A DNA stretch of 64,000 nt from Takakia lepidozioides. Taxonomy: Eukaryota > Plantae > Bryophyta. The notes beneath the pieces are model-generated. The model saw nothing but the letters and a program-made list of their open reading frames with translations, did not search any database and had not been told where the DNA came from. The DNA is taken from positions 38,068,001 through 38,132,000 of the forward strand of contig CM060733.1 in NCBI GenBank assembly GCA_030704615.1, written 5' to 3'. Below are positions 11,690 to 25,595 of the stretch, piece by piece. Numbering within the stretch: position 1 is the first letter of the stretch; each line of letters opens with the position of its first letter. The position numbers and the translations under genes are program-made.

Positions 11690-13695
11690 TGTCAGTGATA
11701 CAAGACATTGTCATCAGGTGGCTAGAGGGGAATTTGTGCCGCATTGAAGAAGCCTAGTCCATTTGACCAGCTCTTCTCTGTTTGCGTGATTGGAGGGGGA
11801 ACAAGAGTGGTGGATCCACTCCGAGACCCCACGCGTGATCAAATACAGTGGGCTCGCTCATCGTGGCTCTTTTGGTTTAAGATGAAACCCTTGGTGGAGT
11901 TGCCTTTTGACCCTGGGGAATGGTCTTTGGCCTGGGAATGTTCCATTCTCTTAAAAGAGTTATCCGTAAAGTAATCCCGAGTTTGGTGCCCTGTTTGGAT
12001 CCGAGTTACGGGTTTCATCCTGAGTTTGAGTTAATCCGTAAAGTGCAGAAAACTGGGCACGAAGTCAGAAAATTTGGCACCAAATCGTAAACTGGGGATG
12101 AGGGCAACGGCTGCTTCCTCTGACGATTGAGTGTTAGTGTAGTCCAATTCATCCTCGCAGTCCGCCACAGGTTAACACAAAGTTGCCCCCAAACCCTGTA
12201 AACGAAACAACCTGCAGCTGAGAGAAGAAGTCACCAAAACCCACCTGAGGACCAAAATGCATGAGTCTGAAAAGAAAGAAAACACCAGCCGCTGGCCACG
12301 ATTCCCCACCGCGCGCACTCCAATCTGCAAACGAGCACACCCAAATGGACAAAAAACGTGCTCCAACGATGCGCGACCTTCCTCCAGAAGCTTGCTATGG
12401 CGCAAGCTTGTGAGCTCTGACTCTCTTGGCCTTGACGACAAACAAAACTCGGCACCAAACTCCTTTCACCCCCATTTTCATGGTCCTGGCAGTTTGGTCC
12501 CGTGTTTTTTTCTAGTCGTACCGCTTGATCCCGTGTTTTGAGTTTCATGCCGAGTTTTGGCTAAACTCGGGGTTCTCATGCCGAGTTTAGGACCCTTTAC
12601 GGATAACTCTTTTAAGTACTCTGCAAAATTGGGGTACACTCTATCTCTTGGGCTGCCAATTCCAACTGCTAAATGGGCAGCCAAATGGTTGCATATCATG
12701 CCTTTCCAGGAGAATTGGGAAGCAATGGGGAAACATATCTGGCCCCCCCAACGGACTGCCAAGATCTCTGCTTTCTTGTGGAAAATTGGAAACAAAATTC
12801 TTCTGGTGGGGTCTTCCTTTGACCATCAATCTGACTGTATCACTTGCAGTGGGGGATTGGTTGAATCCTTGGAGCATTGTTTGTTCACTTGCAGTTTTGC
12901 TGTTTGTATTTGGTCCCGGGTCAGGGCATTATACCTTTGCTTGGAAGGCTGTTGATGCATCCAGTATCTCTCTCCACCTTCTTAACATCCAACAGGGCAG
13001 ATCTGGTCCAAATGTGCTATATGGGCTTGCCTTCTCTCCCTCTCTCTATGGCATATCTGGAAATCTCGATGTGCTAAGGTGTACTCTAACACTGCCCCTT
13101 CCATTCAAGCTTCCTTGCAAGCAATCTTCTTTAGTATGCTAACTGAATGTCACAACGCATGGGAGGTATTGGTTGTAGCTCTACTCAGATGTTCTGAAAC
13201 AAATCGTGGCAAGCTCATCAGGAACTTTGACTCCTCCTAGGGCTGGCGAGGGATCTTTTGCACTGGTTATTCCGACAGGGGCACAACCTGGGCCTCTTGC
13301 CTTCCCGCTTCCTAGTGCATCCCCTAATCACTGGCCTTCTCCGGCGGATCGTGGGGAAGACATCAACTGACGCCACCGCAAGCTTAGAAGCTCCAAGACT
13401 CGGGCTCATTTGGACTTTGAGGCTCCGAATGCTAATCGTTGAATTTGTTCTGATTAGGTTCTGAGCTTCTTGTGGTGTTGCTTGGTTTGTAAATGCTACT
13501 GTTGCTCTTACTCGCTTCTGGTAGTCCTCTACCATGATTACTTGCTGGGTTACAGATGCTTGTTTAGATCTGTGAACACTGTGGTCCTGAAGTGGCATGG
13601 CTGTGTGTCCTTATGGCCTCGAGATTATTTTTCCTCGATTTAATTTGATTAAAAGGGCCTCCGTTCCCTTTCTTTAAAAACAATTAAAAAAATAA
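11690..13695 (+). mobile_element. Degenerate L1-type LINE 3' region (zf-RVT domain), split by a DNA-element insertion
   Basis: Reads YSAKLGY...KISAFLWKIGNKILLVG...CITCSGGLVESLEHCLFTCSFAVCIW, typical of L1 C-terminal Zn-binding regions. An A-rich tail lies at ~13675-13695. Confidence 0.8.
11955..12611. mobile_element. Non-autonomous TIR DNA element with TTAA (or TA) TSD; possibly Kolobok-like
   Basis: Perfect inverted ends (ttaa)aagagttatccgtaaag at 11951-11971 and ctttacggataactctt(ttaa) at 12595-12615, with subterminal ccgagttt/aaactcgg repeats. It is inserted in the L1 remnant. Confidence 0.85.
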
Positions 13696-13924
13696 GTCGT
13701 AAATTATCTCAAATACTATTGTAATACGGTTTAAAATACGATTATACATTGGCAGATACGTATTATACTTGAGTCCAGATCAGCTGAAATAAAAATCAAT
13801 TGACCCAAAAAAAAAGACAGAAAAGGTAGCGAGGTGAGGGAAAGGTACTTCCTACGTAGTGCGAGAGAGGGAGGGGGGGAGAGGGCATGATCCAGGCAGC
13901 ACCCTGTTATGGCGCTCGGCCACC

Positions 13925-13955
13925 GCCGACCCTTACGTGGTCCAGCTGACGTACC
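13925..13955 (+). promoter_or_regulatory. Adjacent DRE/CRT core (GCCGAC) and ABRE-like (ACGTGG) motifs upstream of the Raf kinase gene
   Basis: gccgac at 13925-13930, acgtgg at 13935-13940 and a further tgacgt at ~13947. The motifs are short and could occur by chance. Confidence 0.35.
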
Positions 13956-14853
13956 GCTTGCCCTCCCCTCCTTGCCTTGAGCAGCACACCAGTACAGCTG
14001 CACATCTCCATCCACCAGTGACTTTATCCAGGAAGAGCCCTCGGTGTGCTTCTATTTTGCACACAGTCTCGATTCTTCAGTCCTACTTAGCAGCTGCTGT
14101 AAAGTCTGAAAAAGCAAGTGGATTTGATCACCTGCTGTGGACATGGAGGATCCGAAAAGGTTTAGATCTACATGGCTGGGTATTGCTGCTATTTTTGCTC
14201 GGCCGTCTTGCTGCCTGAGTGCCATGTCTGGCAGTGAGTGGTGACGCGGGGGGGCTCTCCCTAGGCAGTGACTGAGAGCTGAGAACTGTTACGGACAAAG
14301 TAGGACAGGTTTTACTGTGGGAGTGTTGTTCTCCACTGGCATTATGTTCCTCGCTGATACGAGCTCTGGTCTTTCGTTTTCTTGTGAGGACTTCTTCCTA
14401 TTCGGAGCTGTCGTTTTAGATAAGGATTTCGAAGATGGAGCATTTGCTTAAGGTTTCCTCGGCACATCCTGACAACCCTAAATCCATACTGGGTCGGTGT
14501 ACTGGTTGGCTTCAGACTTTGTGACGAGGAATCAAGGGTGTGAAGAATCCAAACTATCAGCTGGGAAGTTCTTGGGTGGGAAAAGTAGCGAGATTCTGAG
14601 TGTATGAGTGATTTCAAGACAAGTGATGGACGCAGCTCGGGGGTGGCCATTAGCGGAACTGGGTCCACTGCCCGTTGGATCGTTGGTGTCTTCAAGTGGA
14701 AGCCCTATGAGCCTCTCTCTTCTTTTGCAACGGAGTCTGAACTGGAATGAGAGGCTCCACGGCGGTGGCAAGCTGTTGTATACTTGAGTGCAGCTTTAGC
14801 GCAAGATGACGAACTCCTAGTTAGTATCTAGGCGAGTGGATGTCAGCCTGGAC

Positions 14854-17800
14854 ATGCTCGATTTATTGCAGGCATCTCCAGACTTACAGTCTGGAAACAT
14901 GTTCACAGCTTCTGGCGAGAGCGAGGATTCATCTGATTCTCATGGGTACCCAATGGCGGCAACAACTGAGAGGAGACAAGAAGTCGTTCGGAATACAGTT
15001 TTAGAAGATCGAGAAGGCTTGCTTCCCTTCTTGAGGGGTCAAGAAAACTGGATGCGGCGAACCACAAGTGATAGGCAGGTCTCCAAACCTTTGGAGCCAG
15101 AGTCAAATGAAGTTCAGGCTCCTAATGACGTCAGAATGAGGGAGAAGAGCAACCTAGGTCCTCGGGATAGACCAGAGTTGAGCAGAGAAAATGAGGCACA
15201 GGATGGTACTCGGATGATTGACTCTCTGGCCTTGGAAGATGCCGCGGCACTGGCCCCTGTTCATGCGTCTCGGACAACTTACGGGCCAGCTTTTTCCCGG
15301 ACCACAAATTTCAAGCAGCTCAACTTGCTGCAATCGCTTGGCCAAGCAGTTGTGTGCACTGATATTGGAGGCAACATCACTTACTGGTAGGCAGTCTCTT
15401 GAATTTCTTATGGTACTTGGGATTGTGGTGTTATTAGAGGATAAGCTAAGACTTTTACCTGACCAACAAATTCTGAATGATGTCTCCGAACTTTAGGGGA
15501 GTGGAGGTGTATTCTTGTGGGCTTCATAGGGGGGATAAATTTCATGGTGTCACATCATGTCCGTGTCACAGTGGGAGGGTTGTACGTTTGATGTGTGCTC
15601 CAGAAAGTGAATGGAGACGAAGGAGTTGTAGAGTGAACATTTGAGAATGGTGCCATGTGTGTAGGAGCGGTGACTTCATTGTATAGTGTTTGACGAAGTG
15701 ACTGTCTGAAGTTATGATACGGACCCTTGATTTGGTGCAGGAATCGGGCAGCTGAGTCCTTGTACCAATGGAAGGCAGAGGAGGTGATAGGAAAAAACAT
15801 AGTGGATCTTCTAATCCCCCCAAAACTAAGGCAGGGGTCAGTTGAGATTGTTGCACGAGTGGTTCAGGGTGAATCGTGGTCTGGACAGTACCCTTGCCTT
15901 CGGAGGGATGGAGTTATATTGAACACTGCGGTTACCAAAACACCCATTGTTGATGACAATCAGAATATTGTAGGTATAATAGGAATTTGTATAGATGTTG
16001 GTGCAATTTATGCTCCAAATAAAGGTATCATGAAAAGAAGCTTCTCAGATGAAGGGCTTGGCAGTGCAGTTGTGGAGGATGTCCTAGGCTCACAATTGAA
16101 GTGTGAATCAATTGAGGTGCCCCCACAGACTGCTGATGAAGAGTCAGGAGGGAGAAACTTATTGGTGAGTACATCGAGGAGAAATTGAGGGGGTTGAGAT
16201 TTTCCTTGACCTACAATGCTGCATTTTGGTTTGTTCAAGGTTTACTTCATTACAAGTTCTCGTTGTCAATGATCTACGATTTTTGTTCTATTAAGTCGTT
16301 GGAGAGACCTGAGCCTTAATCATTTTGACCATGTAGGAATTATCAGCTAAACTTTGACTTTGCTTCCTGCTTAATTTTGTATGCAATGAACCCATAATTG
16401 TGGGCATGGGAGGTCAGCAACTCTTTTGGAGTTTGTTGTGGGATTGAATCATGATGACGGAGCACAATTTTGAGTGTTGGAAGTGATTGGTTTGGCAACA
16501 GAAACTGGGGCGGAGCTCAGTTCAACAGCTGTTGCGGAAGCTTCACATTGGTGGGGGCAATCGATGGGAAGACGATGATTCTGCCAACCCCCGGCAGGTA
16601 CCCGAAAGGCAAATTTCTTGGGATTCTGAACAAGACGGTGCCGGTGAGTTGTTGCCTGAAACTGGACGAGGTTCACATGGGTCCCAAAGCTTGGTGCAGA
16701 ATGACGGATTGTCAGGCACTGATCCAAGTAGTGCTGACAGAGTTTCTCTTCCCCTTGTGATGGTTGGTCATGGAGCTGGGCCCTACATGATGGGAAGAGA
16801 TGCGGGGATTGAGGACCCTGCTGATCAAGTTTCAGCTTTTGGAGGATTTCAGGTCTATTTCACTTAACTATGACTCTGTCTCTGTCTCACACATTTGTCT
16901 ACTCCTGTACACAGCACATTTGTAAGGCAGAGTGCTAGAGCTGCAGTGCTGGAATCAACCACATGCTTTCCAATATGATGGCAACACTGTATGTTTTCTT
17001 TCTGGATTGTATTGGCTTTCCTGAACCCTATGGTAATTTCTGGTGACTCTCATAAACCTACTGGTGGTGGAAAGTGCATGTCATGGGATGGTCTATGTGG
17101 ACATCTCTCTGTCTTCCACACACATATGGAGACATGCCAATCATTTGGCTGGCATTATTTTGGAGACTGTGTTTGTTTCGAAAGTGTGAGGGGGAAGTGA
17201 ACTAACCAGACAATGCAGGTCCTAATATACTGTTTAAATGATTATAACAAAACAGTTAGATTCACCAGATCAGCAAGTCGATGGAGTGAAGATTGTGGAT
17301 TCGGATTGACGGCAGGGTTGCACTCATGACCTTTCGAGGGATACATGTCCAACAATTTGCACCAACAATACAGTATTTTTTACTATGCTTATGTGCCAAT
17401 CGACAAATAAATGAAGGGTGTCATTCAAAATACATGAACATGTATTGTTACAGGTCTAGGTCCAGTTCAAGATTCATGTAGGTATAAGAGCAGAAGGCAT
17501 AGTGAAACGGCGTCATTAGATTTGTTTCCTCATTTCAGGTACTTTCTAGGACGTCAAGCGGGAGCGCAGCTGGGTCTGTAACAGGTAGCCCTGTGGTAGC
17601 ATCGGTTCAGGGAAGTTCTGCAGAGAGTAACTCATTTGGAGTGGCCTCTTGGACTGGGCCTGGGGGTGGGATCAACTTCCAGCAAGCCGAAGAAGACTTC
17701 CAACTTCAGCTAGCCCTTGCCTTGAGGGTTGCAGCAGAGGCTGCGGCAGTCGATGACCCAGATTTGTCAGCCAACACAAGGGGTCCTCATGGAAGCACTC

Positions 17801-20800
17801 GGTTGATGCCAGGTATCAGCCGGGTAGAGGCTACTGCGTACCGATATTGGGTGAGTAGTGAATGAGGCGAACTTGAGTTTGAAATCATTGGTTCAGATTG
17901 GTGACTCGCCCTTTTTAAAGATGTTCATCCTAATGACTGCATTTCTGGACCACCTTTCAGTTCGTAGGAAGGTGTAATGTATTGTCTTTGAATTTTATGC
18001 GCTGACTGTCTATTTAGGTGTTGACTGTCTATTGAGGTGTTGGCGAGTAGCAGTCTTAGAACCGGAGAAGAGTTGTTTGGTAGAGTGAAAAAAGTCCTTC
18101 GCACCTCATTAACTAGGTGGGAGGTATAGATAGAGCAGGGTATGGCATGCCTCCGACAGCCACAGGGTGGTGGCAAGAAACGTATCTTCCGATCACTGAA
18201 CTAGATATTTTCTGCACAGGTGAGCAACTGCCTCGGCTACGACGACCGTATCGAGGATGGCTTCTACGAAGTATGGGGGATGAGCCCGTATGTTTGGTCC
18301 ATGTGCACGGATTCTAATGAGCTGGGGCGTATGCCTCCTTTGGAATCGCTCCGTTCTGTCAAGCCCGCAGAAGCCACTTTTGAGGTTGTCTTGGTAGACC
18401 GGCATGGAGATCCAGATCTGCGCGAACTCGAAGACAAGGCTGTGGGTCTTGCATATGATTCCCAGGAGGTATTGGACTTGGCAACCAGGTTGGCTCAAAT
18501 GGTTGCATCTGTCATGGGGGGCCCTGCTGCTTCTGACAATGACTTGATGGAGGCATGGCATATTAGTACTTCCAAAATGACACAGCTTTTAAGCAGCATT
18601 GTACTACCTATTGGGATTCTTCGGGCTGGACTGGGAAGACATCGTGCCTTGCTCTTCAAGGTATGAATGTCTGCATACACATGTTTTCCTTCTTTCCTTC
18701 TATCTAGCACATCATCCAGGAAGTCCAGCTCTAGAAGCCGTGCAAGGTGGTCAGACATCGCACTAAAGTTAGTAGACAGTGAAAGTGGCACGTGGATATT
18801 GAACTCATTCAGATGTCAGTTTGTGATCAACCTCTTCTGTGATCACTTGTGTGCTTCTAAAAGAGCTGTGATGTGTTGGTGGCATATAGGATGAAAATGG
18901 TGAAATGTGTTTGTTCCCAGGTAATGGCAGATAGTGTTGGACTACCTTGTCGCCTTGTGCGTGGGAGCGCTTATTGCAGTAAAGAGGATGATGCAATGGT
19001 GGTTGTTAAGTGTGGTGATGACAGGTAGCTTTTCCCGCAATCTTGTCCATGAGAGTTGTTGGCATTAAGGAAAGGAGATTACAGCTTTGGGTACTGAAAA
19101 CACCAGGTCCCTTGCAACCATTGATTCATATTGTTACCATGAAGTCAATCAGCTGTTCAGGTAGAAAGAAGTTATTTGGCTCCATGCATTTATAGAGGGG
19201 CTGGGTAGGTTAGCACCGTGCATTATGACCTTCCCGTAGCAACCTGTCAGTCAGTACTTACTGACAAGAATCATTTCCTTCAGGGAATGGATGGTGGATC
19301 TTCTTGCCAAGCCAGGGCTCATCATGGCCCCTGATGCTCGACTAGCTGCGCCACCCGCTGTAATTGCATCTCCGCTGCAGTTTGAGAGGCCTAGTCCATT
19401 TGCAGGTAGTAGCGTGTCAGTATTGGACTGGGCGCGAGGTGCAAGAGAGATTGGACACAGTGGAGGAGCCATAGGCAGTCGGCCCTGGGTTGCTGCTGAG
19501 CTTACTGCCAGCAGTGCTGTGTCAACAGTCCCTTTGAAGGCAGTGACTACTGAACCTATAAGGGTTGTGCCTGCAAGCTCTCCTGTTGCAGGAAATCCTC
19601 GCCCGTGGCGAGGGGGGATTCCATCACCACGTGGCCAGGTTTCTCCGCAACCACCCTTCGACTTCTCTCCATTGTTATTCGATGGTGCAGGGAGGAATAC
19701 TTCTTTGCAGGAAGGCAGTGAAGGCTCTCCGAATGAAAGGGGAGGTGTGCAGGCTCCAGTTGGTTCTGGCGGGCAGTCAGAGAACGAAGACAGTGGCAGA
19801 GCCAATGGGAGGGGCCTATCAAGTAGCCAGGGCGACGATCCAAGCCAGTACTCGAGAGGGAGATTGGCGGAGCATGCAGTCGCATTTGCTAAAGAGTTTG
19901 AAATTCCCTGGGAAGACTTGATGATCGGAGAGCGGATAGGACAAGGTGTGTGATTTTTGGGTCCCTAGATATGCCTCTTCATAGATTCTCCTTTCAACAG
20001 AATCAGCTGTTCTTCCACCTGTTCTTTGTGTCAAAGAGACCACAAGGTTTTCCTGAAAAAGATTGAACGATGTAAGCAGATCTAACAATCTAGTGGAATT
20101 AACTGTTACCTTACTACTGCTACAATTTTAGCAAGAGTGGACAATGTATTTCCTAGACTTTGACTTTCCTTCATACTTTATATGTCTGAGTAGATAGCCA
20201 TCTTTTTCTTGGCACAATCGCTAACAAAATGTGTATATGTCCAGCTCATGCTTCATGACTGAAATTTCCCCTTTAAATCTAGTGCATACTGCTACCGATG
20301 GGTGATGATGGTTGAGCCTCCAACTCATTAAAATTTTCTATTTCCAGCTCTATTGTTGCAAGTCCTAAGTTTGGCCTTTGTCAAGTACATCTGAAGTGGG
20401 TGGGTGATATACATGAAAGTTCTTACATTGTTCAGTAATGGATGCGTAATCGTGGTGTGATGAGTGGTGTTGCAGGCTCATATGGTAAGGTCTATCGCGC
20501 CGACTGGCAAGGCTCGGTGAGTGGCATAATTTCCAGCTTTTCTGAAGTTTTCGTAGTGTGTTGTTATCAAACTGGTTACGTCTTGGTCTATGCCTGTCTC
20601 TGGGTTTTTTTTCTTGTGTCACTTCTCTTGCTTTTTGTGTTACTTTGTCTCTTCTCTTTCTCTTGTCTCCACTGGTGCTGAAGCTCTATAGCCAGCTCCA
20701 GGAGTGTTTGTATCCCAGGATGAGGGATGCCAACCAAGGTTTTCAGGGAATAGCAAGCCTTTAAATAACTCTCTCTCTCTCTCACTCTCTCTGGGCTAGT

Positions 20801-23800
20801 TCCCGCTCAAACTGGGCGCGGGGTCAATGGCCACAAGGCTACGGCAAACAACGTCTTATGAGTACAATCTCTCTGGGCTAGGGCAAACAACGTCTTATGA
20901 GTACATTCTCTCTCTCTCTTCCACCCAAACTGGGGTTCCACAAACTGGGCGCTGGGTCTATAGCCACAAGGCTACAGAAAATGTCTCGTGAGTACTTTCT
21001 CTCTCTCCTGTGGAGGCTAGGAGCCAATGTTGGTAAATGTGCGGTGGTGGCCTTAATAAGATGGAGAAGGGGATCTCAAATGGACATGGGGCAGTGAAGA
21101 GATCCTGGACTGCCTTCCTACACATATCTTGGTGTCGAGTTTTCCTCCAGTTGTAACTGGGATGCATATACGAAAAGTGGTTCAAACAGCTAAACACAAA
21201 GTTTTGGGTCTCTCAATTTTTCCACTGTAGAGGGATTAACAAGCTAAAAGGTCCATACTTTGCAATGCCATTAGGCCCTTGGAGTATGCATCTGCCGCGT
21301 GGGTTGGCAACTCCAACCATACTAAAACTTTAATACCATTCAGCTTTCGTATTTGAAGAGAGCATGTCAGCATGCTCTAGAACAGCTATTGTGGCTGTTT
21401 GGGGCGAGTTTGGCGTACTACCCTTGAGCTCTCAACGAGATGAGGTCAGTTGAATCGCATGCCTAATATCAGATACCCTACGATGATCGGCTCTGTTTCT
21501 TGGAAGCAAGATCACAAGGTAGAGTCTGCTCCCTCTTGTTCCGTCTGAACTGGGTGTGGGGCCTATGGCTCCAAGGCTATGGGAAACAATATCTCATGAG
21601 TACAGTCTCTCTCTCCCTCGCTTTGATTCTCTGCCCCACCATTTCCACAGCTGCTCTTTGGGAGGTCCAAGGAAAGAGGCAGAGGTAGCATGATCCATCC
21701 ACAAGAGTAGACTCACAAAGGTGACCGAGTTGCAAGTCTTTGTGAGAAGCTTGGAACATGTTAGCCCACAAAGGGTGGGGGGGTTTATGGTTGATTGTGC
21801 TTGCAGGATGTTGCTGTGAAAGTGTTTTTAGATCAAGATTTGAAAATGGAGGCTCTTGAAGAGTTCAAGAGTGAGGTATTTCCCATTGGTGCCAGATTTT
21901 GTTCTTATTCACACGTTATTCATTGATTTTGTTTCCTCTTGCCAGAGAGGAGGTGACTGTTGATATTTCTATTAAGGGACAGACAACACAAGTAGTGGTT
22001 CTTTCGGAAAGGTTGTTACCGATCCTGCATCTCCATCAGTGAATATTTTTTTGTGTGAAATCAAGGTCAACATTTGACCAATCTAGTGTGGATGGGTGGA
22101 CATGGTTTTTGATGCAGGTGGCCATTATGAGGCGATTACGACATCCTAATGTTGTACTTTTCATGGGCGCTGTCACAAAACCTCCAAACTTGTCCATCAT
22201 AACTGAATTTTGTCCAAGGTTTGGCTTTGAATCTGCAGTCTTCAATTTTTTTCGTTTTGAGCAATGTTACATGGTCAGCACTTGTGGGTTCTGGGAAATT
22301 GAAGAACTTGAGGGAGTGAATGTTATATGAAATGATAGTTTACCATGAGTCCAGCTGCACAGGTGGCTAAGAAACTAGCTAATCTCCCCCATTCTGTGTA
22401 GGTGTCTTTTATTCCAGGTTTCAGTTCTGAACTCTTCCCAATTGTAGATACATGCTCTCTGATTGCTTTGTTCATTGTCATAAGTTCAGTGGAAACTTCA
22501 GTTTAGGCAAGTGAGAGAATGTCATGGTTGGTTGGACGCAGAGGAAGTCTCTACAGACTGCTGCATAGACCAAATCGGGAGCTAGATGAGCGGCGGCGCA
22601 TCCGCATGGCTTTGGATGTGGTCAGTGTCTTACTTCATTTGCTGAGATGCCAACGCATAGGGATGGGAAGTAGAAGGATGCGATGGCAAATGATGGAGGT
22701 CTAGAAAGGGGAATATTGCATCCATAGGCACTGTATTGCACAGCATATTGAGATCATTCTGCTAATTTCATCCGTTTATGGTTGGCCATTTGACTTGCTT
22801 TGTTTGCAGGTGAAGGGAATGAACTATTTGCATCGCTCCTCACCCCCCGTTGTACATAGGGATCTAAAATCTCCGAACTTGCTTGTTGATAAGAACTGGA
22901 CTGTGAAGGTAAGGTCTATCATCTTTGCCTTGCCCCTTTCTTAAAGTAATGAATTGCATCCAAGGTTGAGCTTTCCTTCAGCTGGTTTCAAGCTCAGGTG
23001 ATGCTGATTGTGTCACCGAGTATACTAGGGTGGTAATTTTCCAGCAATCTCTGCCACTCCCTGTATTTTTTATTCAAAACCATAGTGGTGTTATAGTAGC
23101 AATACCTCCAATGCTTGTCATCATCTAAGTGGAAGAGATTATGTGTTTTGCTATGAGGTACTCCGGGAATACAGGTTCCTCAGGATGATGGGCCTTTTGT
23201 GGCGGTTAAGAGAGAGACATCCGAGTGTTTGCTCAGTTGGGAGATCATGCTCCTGGGTTTGAGGTGACCACAAGTGATTGTCTGTGGACGGCCTACTTAA
23301 GGGATCCTCCCTGGTTGTGCTGAGGGTTGCATAGTGCATTACTTGGCTCTAGCCTCAACACCCTGTTTGGGATTAGAGGTTCCAATTTGACACGCTTTTG
23401 CCGAACCACTTTAAAACATGCCCATGTATGGAAGCTGGGCAATAAAGCAGAGCGCCATATCCAAGGGAGAGGAAAAGAAAGGTAGGGGACAGTGACTGGG
23501 GTAGTCGGTTAAAAGGAGGGGAGAAGGGAAAATGTACTGATGATGTGCTGCCTGCTATAGTCGTGCAGCAACGGAAACTGTGCTCGATTGGACAAGGCAA
23601 AGAAAGGGGAGGGGGAAGCGAGAATGTTGGATAGTAGGGGGGAGACACTTTAGACACCACTGGCTCACTCTGTAGTGAGACTTGCCAGGGTCTATGCAGA
23701 AAGGGGTGTACTCATTATCTGTCTGACACTTACAAAGAGGCTGCTTGTTGAGTAGGGCTACCCAGGCACTACGAAACATTTGCTATCCTCCACAGATGGA

Positions 23801-25595
23801 CAGAAGTTGATTTACTGTGTAGATGTAGGCAGCCTACTGTAGACACAGATGTCTGTAAACGTATTTTTTGCCCGCTTGAAAGCCGCTGACAGTGAAGCAT
23901 GTCTCTTCAGGTTTGTGATTTTGGACTTTCGCGGTTGAAGCATAGCACTTTCTTGTCTTCTAAATCAAGCGCTGGAACGGTAAGTACTCTTTCAGATCTG
24001 GAGGTTATCCTTGTTAGTGTACTTCCTTCCTGGCTGCTTATTCACCAGTCTCTCTTGTGAGGTACCGCAGTACATGCCTGATTTAGGTGGGTCCTCTCTG
24101 AAGACTGGTGTTTGATGTAGGAGACTAATTTCTCACAGAAGTGGTCAGTCATTCTGTGTGAAGAAAAAAGTGACCAAAATATCTGTTGATTGCCTTACTA
24201 CTGCAGAGGGTGAACATATATTTTTTTTCAGCCCATGATCATATTTTCTGCACTTGATACTGATGCAGTTAAGCAGTGAATGCACTCCCATACCCTAGTT
24301 GTAGGTCAGTATACCATTTTGTCCATGCAGAGTGGTGAGTTGAGTACTCCTATTCTCAAGGTAGGAACTACGATTGTTTTCCTGAAGTCAGTGCATGACG
24401 AGGTAGTGAGTGGAGGGGCTTCAATGTGGGTCTTTCAGGAAGAGCTGTGTTGGATATTTTGAAAACAGCTGTCACAGTGTCTCTGTATTGCCTGAAGGCA
24501 ACATGATGATAGGCAAGTGGCTTAACAAGTTGTCTCCTGTTTACTCTGCAGCCGGAGTGGATGGCACCTGAAGTCCTCCGCAATGAGCTCTCTGATGAAA
24601 AGTATGTCACCAACCTCATGATTTCATTTCTCAAATATCTTAGATTCTGTCATGTCCGTAGGTTATATGAATCAGTCAATCCGTTCCCTGTACAGGATCG
24701 AGGCTTAGTGGGTGGTGTGGTGGGTCTTGTATGGGACTCCAGATCGGACGTGTATAGTTTTGGTGTGATTCTGTGGGAGCTTGCTACCCTTCAGCAGCCA
24801 TGGTCCGGCATGAACCCTATACAGGTTTGCTTCATTTCTTTTTTCTTGCAAGATGTGGGAATTGCACACGTTCAAGATTTGTCTCTGTTGCACATGATCT
24901 TCCCAAGCTGGAGTAATACTCTTTGTTTTACTTCCATATACTTGGGTTGATCGATTTATTTACTCTTCTTTGTTTACTCTCTCAACAACAACTGACAAAT
25001 GTGCCTGAACAATAATTTAGAACTGTTCTCTTGTTTCAGGTGGTGGGGGCTGTTGGGTTCCAGCACCGGAGGCTTTCAATCCCTGAGAACATTGATCCAG
25101 CTGTTGCCAACATCATTCAAGCATGTTGGCGCATGTACATTTCGTTTCCTTGTGTACTTGCCTAAGTTTCCTGTCTTCTCATGTAACAAGGTGTTGTCTC
25201 TAACACCACTTCTATGTTCCTCTCAAACTGGGCGCGGGGTCAATGGCCACAAGGCTACGGCAAACAATGTCTTATGAGTACACTCTAACACCACTTCTTG
25301 GGAGGGGAGTACTATTCATCTATTCCATGGCATCCTGCTTGATGTGATCTTCCTTCTTGAAGTTACTCAAAAGTAATATTCTCTCAACCATCCATGAGGA
25401 GGGCTGTATTAGAAGTTATCTTCTTACTAGTGCATGTATGTGGTTGGCAGGGATCCAAGGCAGCGACCTACTTTCTCAGATATAATGCAGGAGCTGAAGG
25501 TCTTGACAAGACCTACAATGGCTCAGCCAGCTGCTGGTTCAGGAGCTCCTGTCCAACGAGCGAACCCTGCACATGAGGGGTTTGGGCATGATTAG
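14854..25595 (+). CDS. ARK: PAS-EDR1-kinase Raf-like MAPKKK (ANR/ARK/CTR1L type), 17 coding exons
   Basis: Exons 14854-15386, 15741-16164, 16502-16852, 17539-17850, 18220-18660, 18921-19024, 19284-19945, 20476-20516, 21807-21875, 22118-22218, 22542-22620, 22810-22908, 23911-23979, 24552-24601, 24743-24824, 25040-25134 and 25451-25595 join in frame. They encode PAS ([14 protein letters not shown]), EDR1 ([23 protein letters not shown]) and a kinase domain ([31 protein letters not shown]). The start codon is uncertain. Confidence 0.93.
20800..20995 (+). mobile_element. Cluster of 3 very short 3'-end copies of the LINE at 4398-5390 (intronic)
   Basis: 20800-20867 is flanked by the 14-bp TSD tctctctgggctag (20786-20799, 20868-20881). 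Further ...ttatgagtaca-type ends occur at ~20905 and ~20995. Confidence 0.9.
21010..21604 (+). mobile_element. Older internally deleted copy of the same LINE
   Basis: Contains [16 protein letters not shown] and an IRP.LEY.SA.W-like segment homologous to 5120-5385 (reverse complement), then jumps to the family 3' end (...ctcatgagtaca). Confidence 0.8.
25214..25282 (+). mobile_element. 69-bp 5'-truncated LINE copy in the last intron of the kinase gene
   Basis: Near-identical to the family 3' end, with a 16-bp TSD ctctaacaccacttct at 25198-25213 and 25283-25298. Confidence 0.92.

Noticed and set aside
20786-20995. CRISPR-like repeat-spacer array
   Set aside because: The repeats are nested LINE 3' ends with TSDs in a eukaryotic intron, and there are no cas genes.
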